Below, one piece after another: positions 16,675-25,000 of a stretch of 43,443 bases of DNA. The notes under the pieces are model-generated. The model did not search any database and was not told the DNA's origin. It saw nothing but the letters and a program-made list of their open reading frames with translations. Source of the stretch: Eubacteriales bacterium (GTDB lineage: Bacteria; Bacillota; Clostridia; Oscillospirales; CAG-272); the NCBI GenBank assembly GCA_045632465.1, contig JAZQWS010000344.1, forward strand, positions 1-43,443. Reading direction: 5' to 3'. The position numbers were made by a program, and so were the translations under genes. How positions within the stretch are numbered: position 1 is the stretch's first letter; each line of letters opens with the position of its first letter.

Positions 16675-18444
16675 TTAAAGACTGTATTTTTCCCGGAACG
16701 TGCCGAATTCCTGCTTGAAGGCGGCATCGTTGTTTTTGATCTCGGTGAGATACTTATGAAGGTCAAGCGCATCGTGGCTCGCAAGCTCAAGGATGCATCC
16801 GCCAACGTTGGAGCAATGGTCGGAAACACGCTCGAAGTTGTTGAGAAGATCCGAGAGAACGAAGCCGTGCTCGATGGAGCATTCGCTCTTCTGCAATCTC
16901 TTGACGTGATTTGCCTTAATCGCATCCTTCAGATCGTCAACCACCTGCTCCAGGGGCTCGATCTTAGCGGCAACGGGAAGATTGTTTTCGCAGAATGCCT
17001 GCTCGCTGATGTCAAGGATCTCCTCGATCGCCGCCGTCATAACGGCAAGCTCGCGGGTTGCCTCGGAAGAGAAGGCAAGCTTCTTGTCGCGGATCTCCTC
17101 TGCGGATTCAACGATATTGACCGCATGGTCGGAAATGCGCTCAAAGTCTCCGATGATGTGCAAAAGCTTCGTCAGCTGATGGCTGTCAGCCGCCGTGAGC
17201 TGTGCGCCGGAGATCATAACGAGATAAGAGCCAAGCTCGTCCTCGTAAACGTCGGCCTTGGATTCCAGATCGCGCACAAGGTCGGCCTCTGCCGCATCGT
17301 AGGTGGTGATTAGCTTCATGGACTTGCGGAGCGCGGTGCAGGAAATGGATGCCATCGTTTTTGCAACCTCGGTTGCGCGTGCAACGGCGATCGCGGGCGT
17401 TGCGATAAGACGGGGATCCAGGAGCTTGGAGGGCGAATTGTCGTCGGTATCCTTGTCCTTGACGGTGAGAACAGCAAGCTTCTCGAGATATTTTGCAAAG
17501 GGAAAGAGGAGGCCAACGGCCAGGATCTTGAAGATCGTGTGAACGCCTGCGATGCCCCACATGTCGATCTGATTTGCAACGAAGGGGAATTTTGCAAAGG
17601 CATTTACGATGTAGAATGCGGAAAGCCAGAAAACAACGCCGATCACGTTGAAGTAAAGGTGAGCAACGGCGGCGCGCTTACCGTTTTTGTTTGCGCCGAT
17701 GGCAGACATCATTGCGGTAACGCAGGTACCGATGTTCTGGCCGAGGATGATCGGAATCGCCATGCCGTAGGTGATGGCGCCCGTGGTGGAGAGAGACTGA
17801 AGAATACCGATCGAGGCGGAGGAGGATTGAACGATCGCCGTCAGAACGATACCGGCAAGCACGCCGAGAAGGGGATTGTTACCAAAAACAGTGAGGATCG
17901 ACTTGAATGCCTCGCTGTCCTTCAGGCCTCCAACGGCGTCTGCCATCATATCCATGCCGACCATCAGCACCGAGAAGCCGATCAGGATCGTTCCGATATC
18001 CTTCTTGCGGCCGCGCTTTGCAAACATAATGAGACCAACGCCCAGCACGGCAACGAGAGGCATCCAGGAGGATGGCTTGAGCCATTTCAGCGCGCTTACG
18101 GCGGCAGATGCGCCTGCACCGAGACCGGAAAGACCGGTGATCCACGCGGTAACGGCCGTTCCTACGTTGGCACCCATGATAACGCCGATCGCCTGGAAGA
18201 GCGTCATCGTTCCGGAGTTAACGAAGCCGACCACCATAACCGTGGTGGCGGAGGAGGACTGGATAATGGCGGTAACGCCGAGACCGAGCAAAAAGCCGCG
18301 CAGGGGGCTGGAGGTCATTTTGCTGAGTGTGTTTTTTAGGCCCGAGCCTGCACTTTTCTTGAGCGCATTGCCCATTGCATCCATACCGTAGAGGAAAAGG
18401 GCGAGACCGCAAAACAGAGAGAGAACGTCAAAATTTTTGATCAT
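16675..18444 (-). CDS. Na+/phosphate cotransporter family protein with a C-terminal PhoU-like domain (YjbB/NptA type)
   Basis: N-terminal repeated QSSSATT / QSSSASIG transporter motifs. The C-terminal helical region has ERISDH / ERVSDH PhoU-like repeats. Confidence 0.88.
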   Translation of the reverse strand: MIKNFDVLSLFCGLALFLYGMDAMGNALKKSAGSGLKNTLSKMTSSPLRGFLLGLGVTAIIQSSSATTVMVVGFVNSGTMTLFQAIGVIMGANVGTAVTAWITGLSGLGAGASAAVSALKWLKPSSWMPLVAVLGVGLIMFAKRGRKKDIGTILIGFSVLMVGMDMMADAVGGLKDSEAFKSILTVFGNNPLLGVLAGIVLTAIVQSSSASIGILQSLSTTGAITYGMAIPIILGQNIGTCVTAMMSAIGANKNGKRAAVAHLYFNVIGVVFWLSAFYIVNAFAKFPFVANQIDMWGIAGVHTIFKILAVGLLFPFAKYLEKLAVLTVKDKDTDDNSPSKLLDPRLIATPAIAVARATEVAKTMASISCTALRKSMKLITTYDAAEADLVRDLESKADVYEDELGSYLVMISGAQLTAADSHQLTKLLHIIGDFERISDHAVNIVESAEEIRDKKLAFSSEATRELAVMTAAIEEILDISEQAFCENNLPVAAKIEPLEQVVDDLKDAIKANHVKRLQKSECSIEHGFVLSDLLNNFERVSDHCSNVGGCILELASHDALDLHKYLTEIKNNDAAFKQEFGTFREKYSL

Positions 18445-18493
18445 CTGAGCTTCCTTTCATGGTGTAAATATAGAATATTGTAAATAATTATTG

Positions 18494-19153
18494 TCAAATA
18501 AGGGCTTGTCCGTTCACAAAAAGACGGAATCTGAGGCCGAGAACGGTTGCCGCCTTGCGGCAGAGAAGCATTCTTTCTGTGAAGATTTCGAAGTAATCGA
18601 GAACCGAGCTGATTTCCGGATCGATCCGAAGCGAGAGGCGCACCTCCATGCGATCGCGATTTAGCGAAATGTGCGAATCGGTTACCGAGAAGTTCACGCG
18701 GTCGTGAATATCTACGTCTATATCGCTCGCGCCGCGAACGCGCGTGCGGCGAACGTCAGACTTGTCCGCAAGGATCAAAGCCGCCGCTATGGGGCTAACG
18801 GGAGAGCCCGATCCCTCGTCGTGATTTCCGATCGCGCTGACGATGGGCGCAATCTCTTCGGGGGCAAAGCCGCGCTCCGAAAGAAGCGAAAAAGCAAGGA
18901 TCGCGCCGCTCTGCGAATGGTCGTGGCGATTGACGAGATTGCCGATATCGTGCAGATAGCCCGCAATGCGCGAAAGCTCAACCGTTTTTTCATCGTATTC
19001 GAGAAAGGCAAGAATTTTTGCAGTCTCTTCTGCAACGCGGCATACGTGCGCAAAGCTATGCTCGGTGTATCCGAGTGCTTCCAGCGTGGCATCGGCGCAT
19101 TTGATATACGTGCGGATGCTTTCGTCCTTTTTCAGCTCTTCATATGAAAGCAT
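18494..19153 (-). CDS. HD-domain metal-dependent phosphohydrolase
   Basis: H...HD signature (HSFAHVCRV ... GYLHDIGN ... HDHSQSG). ATG 19153 has AGGAAG 7 nt upstream. The longer start at 19228 lies upstream of the predicted -10 and is rejected. Probably co-transcribed with the Na/Pi gene. Confidence 0.8.
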   Translation of the reverse strand: MLSYEELKKDESIRTYIKCADATLEALGYTEHSFAHVCRVAEETAKILAFLEYDEKTVELSRIAGYLHDIGNLVNRHDHSQSGAILAFSLLSERGFAPEEIAPIVSAIGNHDEGSGSPVSPIAAALILADKSDVRRTRVRGASDIDVDIHDRVNFSVTDSHISLNRDRMEVRLSLRIDPEISSVLDYFEIFTERMLLCRKAATVLGLRFRLFVNGQALI

Positions 19154-19219
19154 GGTTGATCTTCCTTTCTTTGCGTTTTCGTCGGTTTTGAAAATAGGCC
19201 ATTTTTCACCATCATAATT

Positions 19220-19248
19220 ATTATACAAGAAAATGCAAGCGATTGCAA
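19220..19248 (-). promoter_or_regulatory. sigma-A type promoter for the HD / Na-Pi operon
   Basis: On the minus strand, TTGCAA (complement of 19243-19248), 17 nt, TATAAT (complement of 19220-19225). Confidence 0.6.
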
Positions 19249-19341
19249 GAGTTTTTTTTACTTTTGTGCGCGCGTGTAATATTTTAGTTAATTTTTCCTA
19301 AAAAAATTAAAAAAGAATAGGAAAGTTATGAAAAAAGTCAA

Positions 19342-19361
19342 TTGACTTTTTCGGTCGTTAT
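19342..19361. promoter_or_regulatory. perfect 20-bp palindrome overlapping the -35 of the MATE-array promoter (candidate operator)
   Basis: AAAAAGTCAATTGACTTTTT is self-complementary. The TTGACT -35 hexamer (19352-19357) lies in its right half. Confidence 0.5.
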
Positions 19362-19379
19362 GCTAAAATAATATTGTAT
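19352..19379 (+). promoter_or_regulatory. sigma-A type promoter for the MATE array operon
   Basis: TTGACT (19352-19357), 16 nt, TGcTAAAAT (TAAAAT at 19374-19379). A second TATAAT sits at 19387-19392. AGGAGG lies before ATG 19409. Confidence 0.6.
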
Positions 19380-19408
19380 AATTATTTAAGAATTATTAGG
19401 AGGTATAT

Positions 19409-20782
19409 ATGAAGCTGCTTGCAAGGCGCACGGATCTCGATCTGACGAATGGGCCGATACTCAAAACAATCATTCTTTTTTCGTTCCCTTTAATTTTGGC
19501 CAATTTCGTTTCAATGATGTTTGATGCGATGGATTTGATGGTCCTTTCCTGGTTTGCTGACGGATACGAGGTTGCCTCGGTTGGAACCACCTCCTCGCTG
19601 ACGCATCTGCTTGAGAATCTTGCAACGGGACTTTGCGTTGGCGTGAATATCATTCTTGCCCGCCTTTTAGGTGAGGGCGACCATGCGCGCGCGCAAAAGG
19701 TGATTTCCACCGCCATTATAACGAGCGTTGGTCTCGGTGCCGTTATTGCTGTGATCGGAAGCTTCATTGCCCGCCCCTTCCTTGTTATGACGGATTGCCC
19801 CGCCGAATGCATCGATCATGCAACGATCTATGCCACGTTTTATTTTCTCGGCATGCCGCTTCTCCTTCTTTACCATTATGCCGCGGCGATCATCCGTGTT
19901 GGAGGAGACAGTCAGCGCCCGCTCTATTATATGCTGATCGCCGGCGTTTGCAACCTTGCGCTGAACACGGTTTTTTGCGCCATTCTTTCTCAGAAGGTAG
20001 TGGCGGTTGCTTTGGCAACGGCGCTTTCCAAGGGGCTTGCCGCATTTTTGGCTCTGCGCCATCTTGTGCGCGGAAGCGGAAGATGCCGCTGGGAGATCAA
20101 GCAAACGCGCTTTGATTTTGCTTCCTTCAAAACGATGATTTTATACGGACTTCCCACGGCGATCACCTCCTGCCTTTATCCGATTGCCAATATGCAGATT
20201 GCCGCCGGTATCAATTCCTACGGTGCGGATTTCGTTGCGGGAAGCACCGCGAGCCAGCAGTATGAGAAAATGCTCGGCTCTTACAACGTGGGCCTCGCCG
20301 CCACAGCGCTCACGATGATGGGGCAGAATCTCGGCGCAAAAAAGCCGAAGCGCGTATATCGCGTGTTCTTTGATATTTTGATTCTTGAGCTGTGTCTTGT
20401 GCTGGGAACGGCAACGATCGTGTATTCCTTCGGAGAATCGCTGATCCCTATTTTCGCGGGCAACAATGCCGCCGCGATCGAGGCCGGAATGCTTCGCATG
20501 AGAATTATGCTCTTCTCGTATTGTATTTTGCACACGCCCTTGGGGCCTGCCATTCAGGCCTTCGGCTATCCGACTTTGCAAACGGCGATCAACACGGCCG
20601 GAATTCTTGGCGTGCGAACGCTTTGGATGCAGATCGTGTACGGCCGCCTCGTTCCCCGAACGGCAGAAATGGTATTTATGAGCTTCCCGGTATCCTACAT
20701 ATTCACAACGGCTTGCTATGCAGTCTGCGTGCTGGTGATCCTTCTTCGCTATCGCAAGGGAAAATATAAGAAAAAGATTTAG
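19409..20782 (+). CDS. MATE-family transporter, paralog 2
   Basis: 457 aa. MKLLARRTDLDLTNGPIL, YEVASVG, DCPAEC, IRVGGDSQRPLYYM, GQNLGAKKPKRVY, IQAFGYPTLQT and a C-terminal LLRYRKGKYKKKI. Confidence 0.9.
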   Translation: MKLLARRTDLDLTNGPILKTIILFSFPLILANFVSMMFDAMDLMVLSWFADGYEVASVGTTSSLTHLLENLATGLCVGVNIILARLLGEGDHARAQKVISTAIITSVGLGAVIAVIGSFIARPFLVMTDCPAECIDHATIYATFYFLGMPLLLLYHYAAAIIRVGGDSQRPLYYMLIAGVCNLALNTVFCAILSQKVVAVALATALSKGLAAFLALRHLVRGSGRCRWEIKQTRFDFASFKTMILYGLPTAITSCLYPIANMQIAAGINSYGADFVAGSTASQQYEKMLGSYNVGLAATALTMMGQNLGAKKPKRVYRVFFDILILELCLVLGTATIVYSFGESLIPIFAGNNAAAIEAGMLRMRIMLFSYCILHTPLGPAIQAFGYPTLQTAINTAGILGVRTLWMQIVYGRLVPRTAEMVFMSFPVSYIFTTACYAVCVLVILLRYRKGKYKKKI

Positions 20783-20809
20783 CTTTTGTGCCCAAAGAGG
20801 AGATAAAAA

Positions 20810-22183
20810 ATGAAAATTTTAGCAAAAAGAAAAAATTTGGATATCACAAGCGGGCCGCTCTTTTCCTCCATTGTTGCCTTTGCGATTCCTCTGATTTTAT
20901 CGAATATTTTTTCTGCCTTTTACCATTCTGCGGATATGGCGGTGCTGGCAGCCTTTGCAAAGGGGAATGAGGTTGCCTCGGTTGGCTCAACCACCGCTCT
21001 CACGGCTTTGTTTCTGAACACGGCCATCGGCCTTGGTACAGGTGCAAACATCATCCTTTCCCGTTGCTTCGGAAGCGGGGAAAAGGATCGGGCGCAAACC
21101 GTTATCTCCACCTCGATTCTGACGGGACTCTTCCTTGGCTTGATCCTTGCCGTGGCAGGCGCGATTCTCGTTCCTTATTTCCTTGCATGGACGAATTGCC
21201 CCGCCGATTGCCTTAACGATGCAACGCTCTATGCCGTGGTTTATATTCTCGGCATGCCCTTTTATCTCGTTTATAGCTATGCTGCCGCCGTGATTCGCGT
21301 GTCGGGTGATAGCGAGCATCCGCTGTATTACATGATCGCGGGCGGACTCACCAACGTTGTTTTGAACGTTCTGCTTTGCTTGATTTTGCCCTATAAGGTG
21401 CTTGCGGTTGCGATCGCAACGCTCGTTTCCAATGCGCTGAGCGCGTTTCTTTGTCTGCGCCGCCTTTCTGTCGTGGAGGGCGTGGCGCATTGGGATGTAA
21501 GGAAAACGCGATTTGATTTCCCAACCTTCGGGAAAATGCTGCAGTACGGTTTGCCCGCGGCGCTGACGACCGTGCTTTATCCGATCTGTAATCTGCAGAT
21601 CCAGACGGGCATCAATTCGTACGGTGCATCCGTTATCGCGGGAAATACGGCAAGCTCGCAGTACGAGAGCTTTGTGAACAATGCCTGCGCCGCATTGACG
21701 GCAACGGCACTGCCGTTTATCGGCCAAAACCTCGGCGCCAAGAAGCCCAAGCGCGTGTATCGATCCTTTTTTTATACACAGGCGATAGAGTCTGCGATCG
21801 CGATCGTTTTCCCAATTTTGTTCTTCCTTCTCGGAAAGCGGCTTTTGCCGATCTTTGCGGGGGATGATCCCGCCGCGATCAGCGCAGGACTTGTGCGTAT
21901 GCGATACGTGCTTCTCGCATATCCAATCGCAATGAATGTTTTCGGAACCACCATTCAGGCCTTCGGTTATCCGACGGTGCAGACCTGTATCAACCTTGCG
22001 GGTATTTTCGGGTTCCGAACCCTCTGGATGCAGTTTGTGTACGGAAAGATCCTTCCTGCCACGCTTGAAAATCTTTATATTTGCTTCCCACTCTCTATTG
22101 TTTTGACGCACGCGGTCAACGGAGCGATGGTTGCGGTTCTGCTCCTGCGCTACCGCAAAGGCAAGTATAAGGAAAAGCTTTGA
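20810..22183 (+). CDS. MATE-family transporter, paralog 3
   Basis: 457 aa, 27 nt after paralog 2, with GAGGAG as its SD. Same block structure (NEVASVG, NCPADC, IRVSGDSEHPLYYM, GQNLGAKKPKRVY, LLRYRKGKYKEKL). Confidence 0.9.
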   Translation: MKILAKRKNLDITSGPLFSSIVAFAIPLILSNIFSAFYHSADMAVLAAFAKGNEVASVGSTTALTALFLNTAIGLGTGANIILSRCFGSGEKDRAQTVISTSILTGLFLGLILAVAGAILVPYFLAWTNCPADCLNDATLYAVVYILGMPFYLVYSYAAAVIRVSGDSEHPLYYMIAGGLTNVVLNVLLCLILPYKVLAVAIATLVSNALSAFLCLRRLSVVEGVAHWDVRKTRFDFPTFGKMLQYGLPAALTTVLYPICNLQIQTGINSYGASVIAGNTASSQYESFVNNACAALTATALPFIGQNLGAKKPKRVYRSFFYTQAIESAIAIVFPILFFLLGKRLLPIFAGDDPAAISAGLVRMRYVLLAYPIAMNVFGTTIQAFGYPTVQTCINLAGIFGFRTLWMQFVYGKILPATLENLYICFPLSIVLTHAVNGAMVAVLLLRYRKGKYKEKL

Positions 22184-22214
22184 TTTTTTTCACAATTGAA
22201 GAAAGGATCTTTGT

Positions 22215-23585
22215 ATGCTTCTGAAACGAAAAAAGGATCTTGATTTAACGAACGGGCCGCTTTTTTCTTCCTTGATCGCCTATGCGCTTCCGCTTTTGGC
22301 CTCGAATCTGATCGGAACGCTCTTTGGCGCGATGGATCTGATGGCGCTCTCCTATTTCTCCGTGGGAAACGAGGTTGCCGCGGTTGGTGCCAGCTCGGCG
22401 CTCACCTCTTTGTTTTTGAATTTAGCCTACGGTCTGACCGCGGGCATCACCGTGATCTTAGCGAGAAGCTTCGGCGAAAAGGATAAGGATCGCGTGCAAA
22501 GCGTAATCTCCACGGCGATCATAACTGCCGTGGTTGTCGGTGTGGCATTTGCGGTGATCGGCGCGCTTCTCGTTCCGTCCTTTCTCCGATGGACGAATTG
22601 CCCCGCAGATTGCGTTGCGGATGCAACGCTCTATGCCGTGATCTATATCTTCGGCATGCCGTTTTATCTTCTCTACGGTTATCTTGGCGCGGTGATCCGC
22701 GTTTCGGGTGACAGTGAGCGTCCGCTTTACTATATGCTTGCGGGCGGCGTGACGAATATCGTTCTGAACTTCGTTCTTTGCATCGTTTTGCCTTATAAGG
22801 TGCTTGCGGTTGCGATCGCAACGCTTGCCTCCAACATTCTCGGTGCATTTCTTTGCCTGCGCCGCCTGATAAAAGCGGAGGGGATCGAGCACTGGGACGT
22901 GAAGAAAACGCGCTTTGATCTTTCCGCCTTTGGAAGCATTTTGCGCTATGGCATTCCCGTTGCGCTGACGAACGTTTTGTTTCCCATTGCCAATCTGCAG
23001 ATCCAATCCGCGATCAATGCCTTTGGCTCTTCCGCCGTTGCGGGCAACACGGCTTGTATGCAATTTGAAAATCTGATGAGCTCCTGTGCGATGGCCTTTA
23101 TATCTGCGGCAATGGCCTTTATGGGGCAGAATATCGGCGCGGGGAAGCCAAAACGCGTATTTCGCTCCTTCTTTTATATGCAGGGAATGGCAACGGCGGT
23201 GAGCGTTACCTCGGTGCTCATCATCGCTCTCTTCGGCAAGCATCTTTTGCCGCTCTTTGCCGGAGATGATCCTGCCGCGGTGGCTTTCGGCCTCGTGCGT
23301 GTGCGCGTTGTCGTTCCTGCCTTTATCTTTTCCCTCACGGTGTTTGCAACTACGGTTCAGGCATTCGGTTATCCCATGCTGCAAACTCTGGCGGAGGTGA
23401 TCGGAATCTTTGGCTTGCGAACGGTTTGGCTTCAGCTTATTTACGGAAAGCTCGTTCCGGCAACGCCCGAGATGCTCTATCTTTGCTATCCGATTTCGAT
23501 GGTGACAACTGCGCTCTTCAACGGAAGCATTGCCGCCGCGCTCCTGCTATGCTATCGCAAGGGAAAATATAAGAAAAAACTTTGA
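22215..23585 (+). CDS. MATE-family transporter, paralog 4
   Basis: 456 aa, 31 nt after paralog 3. NEVAAVG, NCPADC, IRVSGDSERPLYYM, GQNIGAGKPKRVF, CYRKGKYKKKL. Confidence 0.9.
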   Translation: MLLKRKKDLDLTNGPLFSSLIAYALPLLASNLIGTLFGAMDLMALSYFSVGNEVAAVGASSALTSLFLNLAYGLTAGITVILARSFGEKDKDRVQSVISTAIITAVVVGVAFAVIGALLVPSFLRWTNCPADCVADATLYAVIYIFGMPFYLLYGYLGAVIRVSGDSERPLYYMLAGGVTNIVLNFVLCIVLPYKVLAVAIATLASNILGAFLCLRRLIKAEGIEHWDVKKTRFDLSAFGSILRYGIPVALTNVLFPIANLQIQSAINAFGSSAVAGNTACMQFENLMSSCAMAFISAAMAFMGQNIGAGKPKRVFRSFFYMQGMATAVSVTSVLIIALFGKHLLPLFAGDDPAAVAFGLVRVRVVVPAFIFSLTVFATTVQAFGYPMLQTLAEVIGIFGLRTVWLQLIYGKLVPATPEMLYLCYPISMVTTALFNGSIAAALLLCYRKGKYKKKL

Positions 23586-23613
23586 TTTTTCGTTTTTATG
23601 AAAGGACCTTTGT

Positions 23614-24978
23614 ATGTTTTTGCAACGAAAAAAAGATCTTGATATAACGGGCGGGCCGCTTCTTAAAACCATCATTCTGTTTGCTTTGCCGATCGTGCTC
23701 TCCAATATGGTGACAACGCTTTTCAATGCCGCGGATATGATGGTGCTTTCCTGGTTTGCGCAAGGTAACGAGATTGCCTCCGTTGGAGCAACGAGCAGCG
23801 TTATTTCTCTTTTCACGCAGTTTGCCATCGGCCTTTGCACGGGCGTGAACATCGTGCTTGCGCGCTTGATCGGTCAGGGGGATGATAGAAACACGCACCG
23901 CGTGCTTTCAACGGCGATCCTCGCCGCCGCCGTTATGGGGCTCTTTCTTGCGATCGTTGGAGGCCTTTTCGGACGTTCGGTTCTTTCTTGGATGAATTGC
24001 CCCGATGAATGCCTTTCGGATGCCTCTTTGTATTTAATTGTTTACTTTTTGGGCGCTCCGTTTCTTCTTTTGAACCAATATGCCTCTGCCATCATCCGCG
24101 TTTCGGGTGATAGCGAACGCCCTCTGTATTATATGTTGATCTCCGGCGCAACGAACGTTGTGCTGAACGCGATTCTTTGTCTGATCCTGCCTCGCAAGGT
24201 GCTTGCGGTTGCGCTGGCCACGCTTGCTTCGCAGGCCGTTGGTGCGTTTTTGTGCCTTCGCCGCCTTGTCATGGCAGAGGGAATTTGCCACTGGGACTTT
24301 AAAGCAACGCGTTTTGATCTTGGTGCGATGAAAAAGATTCTTATGTATGGCTTGCCTTCCGCTTTGACAACGGCGCTCTACCCGATCACCAATCTGCAGG
24401 TGCAGTCTGCGATCAATTCCTTCGGCCCTGCCGCCATCGCGGGAAACACCGCCGCCATTCAGTATGAAACCATCGTCGGCACGGCGGGAGGTGCATTTCA
24501 GACCTCGGCCCTCACCTTCGTCGGCCAAAATCTCGGCGCGAGGAAAAACGAGCGCGTGTACCGTTCCTTCTTTTACTGTCTGTTCTCAGGTCTTACAGTC
24601 ACCGCAACGCTGGCCGTCAGCATTTATATTTTCCGCCAGCCGTTGCTTTCCATTTTCGTTGCGGGGGATGCGGCATCCATCGCGCAGGGCGCGGTGCGCA
24701 TGAAATACGTCATGCTCTTTTACATTTTGACCATCAACCCGATGGCCTCCACCATTCAGGCCTTTGGCCATCCAACGCTGCAAACCAGCATCAACGTCGG
24801 CAGCGTGCTCGGACTGAGAACGCTCTGGATGCAGATTGTGTATCCCTTGAATCCAACGCTGGACGTCTTGTATTTCTGTTACCCGTTGACATACATTGTC
24901 AATGCGGCGATTTACGCGCCGATCGTTGTTGTTCTTTTCCTCCGTCTGCGAAACGGAAAATACAAATATCAAATTTGA
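23614..24978 (+). CDS. MATE-family transporter, paralog 5
   Basis: 454 aa, 28 nt after paralog 4. NEIASVG, NCPDEC, IRVSGDSERPLYYM, GQNLGARKNERVY. Confidence 0.9.
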   Translation: MFLQRKKDLDITGGPLLKTIILFALPIVLSNMVTTLFNAADMMVLSWFAQGNEIASVGATSSVISLFTQFAIGLCTGVNIVLARLIGQGDDRNTHRVLSTAILAAAVMGLFLAIVGGLFGRSVLSWMNCPDECLSDASLYLIVYFLGAPFLLLNQYASAIIRVSGDSERPLYYMLISGATNVVLNAILCLILPRKVLAVALATLASQAVGAFLCLRRLVMAEGICHWDFKATRFDLGAMKKILMYGLPSALTTALYPITNLQVQSAINSFGPAAIAGNTAAIQYETIVGTAGGAFQTSALTFVGQNLGARKNERVYRSFFYCLFSGLTVTATLAVSIYIFRQPLLSIFVAGDAASIAQGAVRMKYVMLFYILTINPMASTIQAFGHPTLQTSINVGSVLGLRTLWMQIVYPLNPTLDVLYFCYPLTYIVNAAIYAPIVVVLFLRLRNGKYKYQI

Positions 24979-25000
24979 GAAAAAGAAAAGGATTTGCAAA

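Noticed and set aside
2672-24528. Multiple 100-370-aa antisense or off-frame ORFs inside the MATE genes (e.g. 2672-3793, 20987-22111, 22458-23384, 24034-24528)
   Set aside because: All lie within clearly recognisable MATE coding frames. Their products are highly basic (R/K/H-rich), as expected when hydrophobic-codon genes are read on the opposite strand.
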